Assembly: GCF_009914755.1 (NCBI RefSeq)
Contig: NC_060947.1
From: the human T2T-CHM13v2.0 reference genome, Homo sapiens
Strand: one strand, 5' to 3'
DNA length: 64,000 bases
The notes beneath the pieces were generated by a model. That model did no database searches. It was not told the origin of the DNA and saw nothing but the letters and a program-made list of their open reading frames with translations. A program made the position numbers and the translations under genes. Shown here in pieces: positions 29,538-42,720 of the stretch. The first letter of the stretch is position 1. The number at the start of each line of letters is the position of its first letter.

Positions 29538-30665
29538 CAACAGCATCGTGGACTAGGCCCACACCTATGCTGAGGTGACCAATGTCTCCAACTGTTGGAT
29601 CTGCACCACCTTTCCAGCAGCAGCTGCAGATGGCTTGCCCTGGCACATACATCCAGCTTCTGTGCAGAACTGGACATGGCTACAGACTTGGGGTCCCACA
29701 GACAACGGATGGGATGCAACACGGTGTGCTTTGGATAGGGGGTGTTGTAAAACCCATGGCAAGCCTCTCCCCTTGCTGACTCATAGTGTCCATGATGGAT
29801 GATGCTGGCTAATGGGAGAAAACATGTTGCCCTCATTGCAGGCACCACAATGTATAGAGCAACACTGGGGTAAAGTCAATGTCAGAAGGTTGCCCACCGA
29901 GGCCTGTGCAAACATAACACGTGTCACAACACCAAGGGTGTAGTGGAACAAGCAGTCTTACCAAGGCTGGTCCCCAATGGACGTTGTGCCCTCTGGGAGT
30001 TTATGGGTCTGTGGGGACATAGGATGGCCATATCTGCCAGCCAATTGGACCGAATGTTGTACCTGGGGGTGGCCTTATGTGCTTCCCACATTGCCTAGTC
30101 GCTCTCACAACTGGGAGGCATTGCATTCCCAGTTTTTGTGAGTGTGGCCGGGCCCCTGGTGGTTCTACTCTTTAGCAATAACTATGCTTGGAGCGGGTGT
30201 AATCACTGTAGAAATGCAGGTTACAGCCCTTTCAGAGCACAGAGCTCAGAACCTGAATTGCACCCATGTTATCCTCCTTTTGTTTACTGATGAGGTTGAT
30301 CACATTAGGAAGGCGGTGCTGCAAAACCGGATGTCCTTAGACATAGTCACCACTGCCCAAGGTGGCACTGTGCCCTTGTAGGGACACGATGTTGTACATT
30401 TATCCCTAACAACCACCAGAACATAACAGCAGCTTTACAGGGGGTGTCATGGTAAATTAAAGTGATTGAATGCTTTACTGATGACCCCCTGTAGAGACGG
30501 TGGGCATCCCTGAGCTTTGGCCTATGTTGGGCTGTCATAATCATAGGTAGCATAGCGGGAATATCAGTGGTACGTTGTTCCTCTCTGTATTATTGCTATG
30601 GCCTATGGGTTCAGGGTGCTGCCCTATGGGCACGGGTCACCACTAAGAGGACCCCTTCATCCTAG
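29538..30665 (+). pseudogene. env: env remnant, gamma-type (covalent SU-TM); 5' boundary approximate
   Basis: CWIC at 29593-29604. ISD-like LQNRMSLDIVT from 30319. CX6CC (CALVGTRCC, after a frameshift) at 30369-30395. Hydrophobic TM at about 30520-30575. Confidence 0.88.
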
Positions 30666-30674
30666 GGGATGTAG

Positions 30675-30992
30675 TGTAAGGAACATTGCTCTGCTGCAGC
30701 CAGGCAGGCATAGGCTGAGGTAAACATTCTTCATGACTCAGTGGGATTGGAGCTCAGTTGCATAATTCCATGCGTTATGTAATCACAGCTACATAACCAT
30801 AACATGGGAGGCTCATCATCTGGCTCCAAGCCACTATTGTTTGTGAGGTGTATAAATGCAACATTGACACTGTGAAAGAGCTGCTAAATAAACCCATGTC
30901 TCATCTCCCTGCTGTCTCTCAAGTGTTCTTCCAGCTCCCTGACTCCCATCCACCCACTCCCCTCGGACCTCAGCTGGGGCTTGAAGCTGAAA
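30675..30992 (+). promoter_or_regulatory. 3' LTR (LTR18-type)
   Basis: Direct repeat of the 5' LTR with about 40 differences by eye. Preceded by aggggatgtag (PPT-like). Confidence 0.92.
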
Positions 30993-31089
30993 CTATCCAA
31001 AATAAAATTCCAAAATTTTCAACATTGGAAAGTTACCATGAGTTTATAGTTTCATTAGTATACTGAAGTGTCCTTTATTTAAAGATATC

Positions 31090-31265
31090 TTTACTCATAT
31101 TATCTCACTTCACCTTCTAAAGGAGTTCATTTTGTTATTCCCATTTTAATGAGAAACTGAAGTGTAGGAAGGTTAGTAACTTCCCTGGAGCCACAAAGTT
31201 AGCAAGCAGCAGAGCCATGATTCAAATAGAGGTATAATTTCAAAGTCTATGCACTTAATCATAAA
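31090..31265 (-). mobile_element. MIR SINE
   Basis: 'attcccattttaatgagaaactgaag...aggttagtaacttccc'. Confidence 0.7.
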
Positions 31266-31304
31266 AGTATGCATGGCCCCCTTTCCTAACAGAGTAGTTG
31301 ACTA

Positions 31305-31712
31305 CTCCAAATATCATGTTGAGTTTCAATTCCAAATGCTGGAGGTGGGGCCTAATGGAAGGTGTTTGAATCAGGTGGGGTGGATCCTTCAGGAATGACT
31401 TGGTGCCATTCTAATTATAATGAATGAATACTTACTCTATTAGTTCCCACAAGAACTGGTTGTTGAAAGGAGCCTGACACTCTCTACTCCCTCTCTCTTG
31501 CTTTCTCTATCACCATGTGATCTGCACATGCCAGCTCCTGTCTGCCTTCCACCATGACTGGAAGCAGCCTGAAATTCTCACCAGAAGTAGATGCTGGTGC
31601 CATGCTTCTTGTACAGCCTGCAGAACTGTGAACCAAATGAACCTCTTTTTTAAAAAATAAATTATCCACTTTTAGTTGTTCCTTTATAGCAACATGAAAA
31701 TAAACTAAGATA
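31305..31712 (+). mobile_element. MSTB-like MaLR solo LTR
   Basis: 'gctggaggtggggcctaatgg...tgctggtgccatgcttcttgtacagcctgcagaactgtgaacc...ctttatagcaac'. Confidence 0.85.
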
Positions 31713-32129
31713 CTATACTAGGGGCAAGAACACAAAAGGATAGGCCCTGGATAGTTAGACTTACTAGGCACAATAGGGAATAGGTGTAGTGGCAAGATAG
31801 GCTTCTGGGAAGGAGGTTAGCCATATTTTCAGAGTATGCACTAGGAAGAAAAATCACAAACATGTTCTGATAGAGTGTGCTCCACTCAAACCAGGAGAAC
31901 ATGTACAAATGGAGCATTCAACAAGAGAGTCTGAGATAACTTACCAGAGACAAGTAAATTTCAAATCTGAACTGGTGTTAGAGGACTAGGGATGGTGAAA
32001 GTAAAGAACAGTGGAAAACTTGGAGACAACTAGAATTAATTCTGGAGATAGTGGAGAAAAAGCAAGGAGACCACAACAGGGCTTTTATGAGTACCCAACA
32101 TGTGTCCAAGTCATCTCATCACACATTAT

Positions 32130-32720
32130 ATTTTACTGTTAAATGTAATATTATATATGTAAAATGGTCCTCCAATCGAACTATAAACCTTTTGATGACA
32201 GCAATAATTACTCACACTTCTTCTATGTTCCCTCATAATACCCAACATTCACTAATTCATTTATTCTTTTATTGATTTCTCAGGCTCTACACTACGTACT
32301 GGGCATAAAAACACAAACAAGACATGATTTTCAGTCTCATGAAGGTCACAGTGTAAAATCGATTCTGAATTGGAATTAATAGATGGAATCCCGGCATGGC
32401 GCTGTCCATAGATCTGAGTAATAGGGGCTATGTGATCATGATGCATTTTTCTGTGTGAATCTGTAGTTTTTATCAGGCCCTCCAAATGGATTTAGAGCTT
32501 ATAAGCAAGGGTGGGGGAAAACAGACATGTAGATAAATAATTCAATGTAACTCCTCAGAGTTTGAGTGGGAGCAGGTCAAAAGCTTCACAGAAGAGGTGA
32601 TATTCGACCACTTCAGCCAAGCAGGTGGAAAGAGCATTCCAGGGATAGGGATAGGATATGCAAAGGTATAAAAGGATAAAAGAGCATACTGCATTTGGGA
32701 AACTACAAATAGTTTGATAT
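32130..32720. mobile_element. L2 fragments
   Basis: 'cattcactaattcatttattc' 3'-end repeat and 'gcttcacagaagaggtgatattc...agcattccaggga'. Confidence 0.5.
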
Positions 32721-33314
32721 GGCAGGAACATGAGACCAGAGGCAGCATGCCAACTCCAGACTGACACCCTCCTGCATTCACTCCACTTCTGGAATATCAC
32801 CAACTGCTTATAGATTCATCCACATTGTCCCCACACTGCAATAGCTGCTTAGAAGAGATGACTAGTAGGCAGATGTTCCCCACAGAACCTGGCCCTTATC
32901 TCAGAATTTTAAAGTGAGAAGCAATGAAAGAAGGTTTGAAAAAGTAGCTTTATTCTCCTATCACATTTGGATTCCTAGTTTGGGCACTTAGGAAATCACC
33001 AGTGGTAAATGGAATGTCATCAGTTACTTCTCTTTATTTCTTTTTCATTTTATATCTAAAAGAATTTTAAGGCCCAGAGCATAAGATGTGGAGCAGTGTG
33101 TCTGCTATCATGTAGACTTATCTAGTTGCTAACTTTCCAACTCATTCTATACTGCTGCTCTATACCTATGTCCAATAGTTTAACCCATTACTGGCTATGT
33201 TTGTTTCTCTTCTCCCAGAACCAGTATCTTTGGCACTGTTTTATGCCCCTGCCTTTTTCTCCTTATTTCTCAAGCTGCTCCTGAATTTAAAAGTTTTTTA
33301 AAAAATATTTTACA

Positions 33315-33873
33315 CATTCTTTATCCATTATCCCCTTGAAAGATATTGAGGATTGTTCTGCTGTTTAACTCTTTTGAATAAAGCTGCTCTAAATATTCAT
33401 GCAAAAGTCTTTGTGTGGACATGTGTTTCCACTTCTCTTGGGAACATGCATTAAAAATAGAATAACTGAATTATATGGAAGGTCCATATTTAACTTCATA
33501 ACAAACTCCCAATACTTTATTTAAAGTGACTGAAACATTTTTCTTTTTTAGAGATGAGATTTTGGTCTCACTATGTATCATTTTACACTCTTACAGAAAT
33601 GTATAATATTTCTCATCATTCCACATTTTCACTGATGCCAGTCATTTTAGCCATTCTAGTAGATGGGTACTGGTATATTATTATGCTTTAAATTTGCATT
33701 TATCTAATAAAAATGATGGTCAATATGCCTACTGGCCACTTATGTATCTTATTTTGTGAAATGTCTGTTCAAGGGTTTTGCCCACTTTGAGCAGGGAAAG
33801 AGGCTATTCTATTTATTATTGAATTTTGGGAGTTCTTTAAAATTCTGGATACAAGTTTTTTATCAGATATATT
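33315..33873 (-). mobile_element. Old L1M (L1MC-ME) 3' fragment
   Basis: Reverse ORF2 C-terminus (ttagccattctagtag...aatttgcattt...gaaatgtctgttcaag). Confidence 0.65.
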
Positions 33874-34720
33874 TTGTTAGTTAAAATCATCCAAAAAATA
33901 GATACCAAGATGGAATTAGAAGGTAAGAGAACGATTGGGGAATATGCCCTTGAATGATTAAAGAGAAGGGGCATGAGTAGGCAGAGAGGGCTTCAGACTA
34001 TAATCAGGTCTGACATCTGGCACAAGAGAAAGGAAAGGAAGGAGGATAGAAAGAGCCTCAGGCTGTACCATGGTCTGAGAGAATATCGACCAAGCTAATG
34101 GAAGCACTGGAACAAAGGTTGTCCACAAAAGGAATTTATGCCACGTTAGGCATGAATGTCCCAGCTCTGGTACCACCACCATGCTCAGTCATAGATTGGG
34201 AATATACTGGAGATACTTAGGCCATTACATAAATGCTGAATTGGACCCAGAAAGTGTAGCAGCTTTTGGTTTCCAGCTAACTACACTTGTCATAGCAGGT
34301 TATATTTGAAAGAAGATCTGAGAGGAACATTCTCATGACTGTCAAAGTCCATCCTAGTGTCACACTAATATTTTCCATCCATGTCCCTGAGAGCAGTTTC
34401 TTCCATGGCTCCTATAGGAATCTACTTCTAAGGGAAAGTTTAAAAAGCGAAAGTGAGTGGGATGAATTATAACCTTCATTGCTATAGTTGGTCTTCAGAC
34501 AACAATTGATACACGTGTCCATCTTTTACTCTCCATTGTAAAGTTCCCTCATTCTAAACTATCACTTGTGCACATCTTGGTGATCCACCTCATTGCCTGA
34601 CCTAAACCTTTATTCCTGAAGGGTGTGAGTTCCTGAACAAATTGTACACTTCTCAGGATGGAATTACTGTGCACATCCAGCATAGTTACACTTGCACAAG
34701 AGAGTAACAAGAGGGGCATT
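33874..34720 (-). mobile_element. ERVL LTR (LTR40/41-like, about 33874-34345) with adjacent internal sequence
   Basis: 'agataccaagatggaattaga...caggtctgacatc...agagcctcaggctg'. The downstream sequence resembles a reversed ERVL integrase end. Confidence 0.5.
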
Positions 34721-34919
34721 GCAATGCAAATGTAGTTTCATTTTAAAAAATAAATTAACATAATTTGTGATACTAATAGAATAAAAAAGAAAACACATAT
34801 TGTCATCTCAACAGGTATAAAAAAGCATACAAGAAAATTTGACACCCAATCATGATGAAAACGCAAAAAAAATTATGAATGAAAGGGAAGTTCATCAACT
34901 TGATAAAGGGTTATCTTTA

Positions 34920-37105
34920 AGAACATACTCAAACTATTCTGAAAAATGGAAGAGAGGGAAACACTTCCAAACATACTCTATGAGGCCAGTCTTACCGTAA
35001 TACAAAAACCAGACAAAGACACATTAAAAAAACTACACACAATAACTTTGATGAATGTTGATGCAAAAATCCTCAACCAAAAACTAACAAAAAACACTTA
35101 AGACTCCATCAAAAAACTATTCAAACTGATAAACTAATTCAGTGAAGTTTCAGGATACAAACCCAACATACAAAAATCCGTAGCACTTTTATATGCCAAC
35201 AGTGAACAAACTGAAAAGGAAATTAAAAAGTAATCCCCATTTACAATAGACACACATAAAATTGAATACCTAGGAATTGTCTTAACTGAAGAAGTGAAAG
35301 AGCTCTATAATGGAAACTATAAAACAGTAATTAGAGAAATTGAACAGGACACCAAAAATTGGAAAATATTTTATGTTCATGGATTAGAAGAATCAATATT
35401 GTTAAAATGTCCATACTACCCAAAGCAATCTGCAGATTCAATGTAATTTCTATCAAAATACCAATGACATTCTTCACAAAAATAGAAACAAAAAGAATTC
35501 TCAAATTTATATGGAATGACAAAAGACCCCAGATAGCCAAAACCATTCTAAGCAAAAGGAACAAAACTGGAAGAATCACATTACCTGACTTCAAATTATG
35601 TTACAGAGCTATAGTAACCAAAACAACATGGTACTGACATGAAAACAGACACATAGACCAATGGAACAAAACAGAGAGCTCAGAAACAAATCCACACACC
35701 TACAGTGAACTCATTTTTTGACAAAGGTGCCATAGGCTCTTCAATAAATGGTGCTGGGAAAACTGGATATCCATATGCAGAAAAATAAAACTAGACCGCA
35801 TCTCTCAAATCAAAATAGATTAAAGACTTAAATCTAAGATTTCAAACCATGAAACTTATACAAGAAAACACTGGGGGAAATCTCCAGAACATGGGTCTGG
35901 GCAAGGACTTCTTGAGCAATGCCCCACAAGCACAGGCAACCAAAGCAAACATGAACAAATGGGATCACTTCAAGTTCATAGCTTCTGCACAGGAAAGAAC
36001 AGAAACAACAAAGTGAAGAAACAACCCACACAATGGGAAAAAAATATTTGCAAATGACCTGGCAAGTGATTAATAACCAGAATGCACAAGGAGCTCAAAC
36101 AACTCTAAAAAAAAACTAATAATCTGATCAACATCTGAGCAAAAGATTAGAAAAACAAATGGCAAACAGGCATAATGAAAAGATGCTGAATATCATTGAT
36201 CATCAGAGAAATGCAAATCAGAACTACAATGAGATATCATCTCACCCCAGTTTAAATGGCTTACATTCAACAGATAGGCAATAACAAATGCTGGCAAAGA
36301 TGTGGAGAAAAGGGAATTCTTGTACACTGTTGGTGGGAATGTAATTTAGTACAATCACTATGGATAACAGTTTGGAGGTTTTTCAAAAAACTTAAAATTG
36401 AGCTACCATATGATCCAGCAAATTCACTGCTGGGTATATATACAAAGAAAGGAAATCAGTGTATGAAAGAGATATCTGCACTCCTGCGTTTGTTACAGCA
36501 CTGTCTACAATAGCTAAGATTTAGAAGCAACCTAACTGTCCATCAACAGACAATTGGATAAAGAAAATGTGGTACAATTACACAATGGAGCACTATTTAG
36601 CCATTAAAAAAGAATGAGGACAAGTCATTTGCAACATCATAGATGAAACTGGAAGTCATTTTGTTAAGTGAAACAAGCCAGGCTCAAAAAGACAAACATC
36701 ACATGTTCTCTTTTATTTGTGGGACCTACAAATCAAAACAATTGAACTCATGGAGATACAGAGTAGAAGGATGGTTACCAGAGACTGGAAAGGGCAGTGG
36801 GATATTGACGGGGAGGTGGAGATGGTTAATGAGTAGAAAAGATAGTTAGAAAGAAGGAAGAAGACCTACTATTTGATAGCACAACAGGGTGTCTTAAGTC
36901 AATATTACATTAATGGTATTTTTTAGAATAACTTGAAGAGTATAATGGGATTTGTTGAAACTCAATGGATAAACGCTTGAGGTGATGGATACCCCACTCT
37001 TCCTGATGTGCTTATTTCACATTGCATGCCTGTATCAAAACATTTCATGTAACCCATAAACATATACACCTACTATGTACTCACAAAAATTAAAAAATAA
37101 TTTAA
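34920..37105 (+). mobile_element. L1MA1/2-like 3' part with an internal ORF2 deletion near 35090
   Basis: ORF2 pieces. 3' UTR 'gatggatacccc...cattgcatgcctgtatcaaaaca...acacctactatgtac'. Confidence 0.85.
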
Positions 37106-40100
37106 AAGATAGTATGTGTAAGTCTCATGATAACTTCAAAGCCAAGAATATGCAACAGATACACAAAAAAACAGAAAGCAAGAAACTAAATTATATGCCA
37201 GACAAAATCACCTTCATTAAAAGGAAGAGAGAAAGGCAAGAAAGAAGAAAGAGAAAACCACAAACAAGCAGAAATCAAATAACAAAAGAGGAAAAGTGAG
37301 TTCTTACTCAGCAATAATATTGAATGTAAATGTACTAAACTTTTCTAACAAAAGACACAGAGTGGCTGAATGAATAAAATAAGAAGACTTAATGACCTGT
37401 TGCCTGCAAGAAACACACTTCACATATAAAGACACACACAGAATGAAAATAAATGGATGGAGAAAGATATTCCATGTCATTGGAAATCAAAAAGAAGTGC
37501 AGGAGTAACTATACTTAGATAAAATAGGTTTCAAGACAAAAACTATAAGAAGAGACAAAGAAAGTCATGATGTAATAATAAAGGGGTCAATTCCACAAGA
37601 GGATATGACAATTTTAAATATATATGCACCCAATATTGGAGCACCCAAATATATGTAAGAAATATTATGACAGCTAAAGAAAGAGAGAGACTCCAATGCA
37701 ATAATGGCTGGAGACCTCAACACCGCACTTTCAGCATTGGACAGATCTTTTGGACAGAAAGTCTGGAAAGAACACGTAATCCGCATTGTAGGCTAAAAGG
37801 ACCTAATGGGTATTTACAGAACAGTTCATCCAGTGCTACAGAATACATATTCTTTTACTCAGCACATGGATTATTCTCAATGATAGACTATATTTTAGAT
37901 CACAAAGCAAGTTTTAAACATGCAAAATAATTTAAAATAATACGAAGCATTTTATCTGACCACAATGAAATAAAACAGAAATCAATAACAACAGGAATTT
38001 TGGAAACTATATGAATACATGGAAATTAAACATATGCTCCTGAATGACTAGTGGGTCAATGAAGAAATTAAAAAGGAAAGTGAAAAATGTTATGAAACAA
38101 ATGATAATGGAAACACAACATAACAAAACCTATGGGATACAGTGAAAGCAGAACAAAAAGGGAATTTTATAGCTATAAGTGTCAACATCAAGAAAGAGAA
38201 AAAAAGCTTTAAATAAACAATCTATCATCTTAAAAAACTAGAAAAGCAAAAGGAAACCAAACCCAAAATTAGTAGAAGAAATTAAATGCTAAATATCGGA
38301 GCAGAAATAAATCAAATGGAAACAAAAAAATAAAATATTAATAAAGCAAAAAATTGACTTTTTGCAAGGATAAACAAAACTGACAAACCTTAAGCCAGAC
38401 TAATAAAAAAGAGAGAAGATCCAAAAATACAACCAGAGATGAAAAAGGAGACATTACAACTGATACTATGAAAATTTAAAGGATCATTAGTGACTACCAT
38501 AACCAACTATATGTCAATAAATTGGAAAGTCTAGAAGAAACAAACAAAATCCTAGACACATGCAACCTACCAAGATTGAACCAGGAAGAAATCCAAAATC
38601 TGAATAGACCAATAGCAAGTAATGAGCTCAAAGCTGTCATAAAAAGTCTCTCAGTAAAAGAAAGCCCAGGGTGCCACGGCTTCACTGCTGAATTTTTACC
38701 AAATATTTAAGTGAAAACTAACACCAATCCTATCCAAAATATTGCGAGAAATACAGAAGAGCATACTTCGAAACTCATTCTGTGAGGCCAGTTTTACCTT
38801 GATACGAAAACCAGACAAAAACACATCAAAAATAGAAATCTACAGATCAATACCTCTAATCATTATTGATGCAAAAATCCTCAACAAAATAATAGTAAAT
38901 CAAACTCAGCAATATATTAAAAAGATCATTTTATCATGATCAAGTGGTATTTATCCCAAGAATACAAGAATGATTCAATATGCACAAATCAACTAATGTA
39001 ATACAATTAACATACCTCAACATAATAAAAGCCATGTATGACAGACCAACAACAAGTGCCATATTGAATGGGGAAAAACTAAAAGACTTTTCTATAAGAT
39101 CTGGAACATGACAATGATTTCCACCACTGTTATTCAACATAGTACTGAATGTCCTAGCTCGAGCAACCAGAAAAGAGAAAGAAAGAAAGGGCATCCAGAT
39201 TGGAAAGGATGATGTCAAATTATCCTTGTTTGCATTTGATATCATCTTACATCTTAAAGACTCCACCAAAAACCTATTCAAACTGATGAATTCAGTAAAG
39301 TTGCAGGATACAAAATTAACATACAGAAATTCGTGGCATTTATATTTGTCATTTCTATATGCTAATATTGAACAATCTGAAAAAAGAAATCAAAAAAGTA
39401 ATCTCATTTACAATAGCCACAAATAAAATTAAATATCTAGGAATTGACCAAAGAAGTGAAAAATATCTATAATAAAACTATAAAACATTGGTGAAAGAAA
39501 TTGAAGAGGACAACAAAAAATGGAAAGATATTTCATGTTTAGGAATTTGAAGAATCAATATTGTTAAAATATAGTACCCAAACAAATCTAGAGTATAATG
39601 CAACCCCTATCAAAATACCAATGCCATCCTTCACAAAAATAGAAAAAAAAAATCCCCAAATTTATACGGAACCACAAAAGACCCCTAATAGCCAAAGTTA
39701 TCCTAAGCAAAAAGAACAAAACTGGAGAAATCACATTACCTGATTTCGAATTCTACTATAGACCTATAGAGCTACCTGATTTCAGATTTTACTATAGAGC
39801 TGTAAGCAAAACAACATTGTACTGGCATAAAAACAGACTCATCATAGACCAATGGAACAGAATAGAGAATCCACGAACAAATCCACACACCTGTAGTGAA
39901 ATCATTTCTGACAAAGGTGACAGAAACATAGACTGGGGAAAAAGTCTCTGCAATAAATGGTGCTATGAATCCATATGCTGAAGAATAAACCTAGACACCT
40001 ATCTCTTGCCATATACAAAAATCAAACCAAAATGGATTAAAGCCTTAAATCTAATACCTCAAACTATTTAACCACTACAACAAAACATTGGAGAAAACCT

Positions 40101-41030
40101 TCAAGGCATTGGTCTTGGCAAAAATTTCTTAAGTAATATCCAACAAGCACAGGCAACCAAAGCAAAAATGGAAAAATGGGAGCACATTGAGTTATAAATT
40201 TTCTGCACAGCAAAGTAAACAATGAACAAAGTGAAGAAACAACCCACAGAATGAGAGAAAATATTTGCAAACTATCCATCTGACCAGGGATTAATAATCA
40301 GAATATATAAGGAGCTCAAACAACTCTACAGAAAAATAATCTAATAATCCAATATAAAAAATGAGCAAAAGATTTGAATAGATATTTCTCAAAAGAACAC
40401 ATCGCAAATAGGCATATGAATAGATGTTCAATATCAATGATCATCAGTGAAATGCAAATCAAAACTACAATGAGATATCATCTCACCTCAGTTAAAATGG
40501 CTTATAAAGACATGCAATAACAGATGCTGGCAAAGATGTGGAGAAAAGGGAACCCTCGTATATTGTTGGTGAGAGTGTAAGTTAGTACAACCACTATGAA
40601 GAACAGTTTGGAAGTTCCTCGAAATAACTAAAACTGGAGCTATCATACCATCCAGCATTCATCCCACTGCTGGGTATATATCCAAAAGAAAGGGAATCAA
40701 TATATTGAAAAGACATTTGTGCCCCCATGTTTGTTGCAGCACTGTTTGCAATAGCCCAAATTTGGAAGCAACCTAAGTGTCCATCAACAGATGAATGGAA
40801 AAAGAAAGTTTTGTGCATATACACAATGAATTGCCATTCAGTCATAAAAAAGAATGAGATCCTGTCATTTGCCACAACATGGATGGAACTGGAGGTCATT
40901 ATGTTATGTGAAATAAGCCAGGCACAGAAAGAGAAATATCACATGTTCTTGCTTATTTGTGATAACTAAAGTTCAAAACAATTGAAATCGAAAATAAAAG
41001 GATGGTTACTAGAAGCTGGGAAGGGTAGTT
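37106..41030 (+). mobile_element. Second L1MA2-like element, inter-ORF region through ORF2, 3' UTR truncated
   Basis: EN (ILNIYAPNIGAP) and RT remnants through the C-terminus. Ends at 'ggatggttactagaagctgggaagggtag'. Confidence 0.85.
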
Positions 41031-41225
41031 ACAGTAAGAAAAGAATCACTATTTCTAAGGGCAACCCCTCCACTTGTGCTGTAGATATCAATGCCTCAAA
41101 CTTTCCCATAAGCTATACTCCTACAATTATCCTCCATTTCAGTTGCATCATCAATTTCTTCATCTCTACCATATCATTCTCATTATCATAAATATCTTAC
41201 ATCTTTAGAAGACATCTACTTTCTA

Positions 41226-41520
<295 letters not shown>

Positions 41521-41559
41521 ACGACATCCACTTTCTTGTTCCCCCTACCTTCTCCTTCT

Positions 41560-42720
41560 AATCCCTATCTCACTCTCCAATTCAAAGTTTCTTGAATGGG
41601 TTGTTGTTACATACTGTCTATAATCTCCTCCCACTATCTCAAAATGACACCAATTAGGCTTTCAACCGCAACACTCCAGTGAAATTGCTCTTGTAAAGTT
41701 CTCACTTTCTTTCATATGACCAAATTTAATTTTCAAATTCTCCTCTTGCTTAACCTGCTAATGTAATTTAACACAATTTTCCACTACCTTCTCATTAAAT
41801 TACTCTCCTCTTAGCTTCTGTGACACCATACTCTCATGGATTTCCTTCTACACCACTAACTTTTCTTTCTCTGACTCATTTGCTACTTCTTCCTTCTCCA
41901 CTCAACTTCTAAATATCAAGTAGCCCAGGCCCCTTCCTTGGCCCTCTTTTCCTCTCTGGCTATACTCTCCATCTAAGTAATCCAATCTACACCCATGGAT
42001 TTAAACTAAACACCATCTCTCTGCAGATGACTCTCAAATTGAAATCTTTAACTAAGACCTTTCTCCTGAGCTCCAAACAGCCTCCCTGACATATCTTATT
42101 TGCAACTGAGTCCCATTCTATCATTCTCTCTTTATCTACTGTTAATTGACCAGATATACTCTGGGTTTTATACAAATTCAACTTTCCCCTATACCATGGA
42201 TGTCATTCTCCAAGTTATTTCTTCTACACATGCTATATCCCATGTGGAATGCCCTTCCCATCTATCTATCACTATAACAACTAGTGTTTCCCAAACCTGA
42301 CTGCATCAGAATAACTGGAGAAGCTTCTGGGGTCACAGCCCTAGGAATTCTGAGTCAAAAGATTGAGCCTGGGTTCCAATAACTTCTCTCAGTAATCATG
42401 TTTTTTTACTACACGTTCCAAGGGGAGAAAGCATGACCCGAGAAAAACCTTTACTGTGCACTAACGTTACCTCCTCTGTGAATACTTGTCAGACTCCTGG
42501 AGACATGATTCAGTACTTCTTTCCCTATGCTCCAACAGCATTTTATACTTAATTCTCTTGTAGGTTGTATTGTGCTTTTTAAATAATTGGCCCTTTTGTC
42601 TACCTCTCCCTACTCCACTCCATCAGCTCCTTGAGGACAGGGATTTTTTGATCTCTGCATATTCATAGACTAACACAACATCTGACACATACTCACTGAC
42701 TGACTGATGAATAAATTATT
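41560..42720 (+). mobile_element. L2 fragments (RT region and 3' end)
   Basis: caattaggctttcaaccgcaacactccagtgaaattgctcttgtaaag resembles QSGFRP.HSTETAL.K. 3' end 'tgactgactgatgaataa'. Confidence 0.7.

Larger units (their letters stand above)
24319..30992 (+). mobile_element. Full-length HERV-S (HERVL18-int / LTR18) class III provirus, about 6.7 kb, defective
   Basis: Two LTRs of about 316 bp, tRNA-Ser PBS, gag-pro-RT-RNaseH-IN-env, and a purine-rich tract before the 3' LTR. Degenerate 5-bp TSD tcatc/ctatc. Confidence 0.92.

Noticed and set aside
29236-29848. Antisense ORFs (138 and 194 aa) over pol/env as an HBZ-like gene
   Set aside because: No recognisable motif. Open antisense frames are common in GC-richer retroviral coding DNA, and I cannot show conservation.
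39737-39800. Local duplication tacctgatttc...ctatagagc
   Set aside because: Ordinary slippage duplication in a dead L1.
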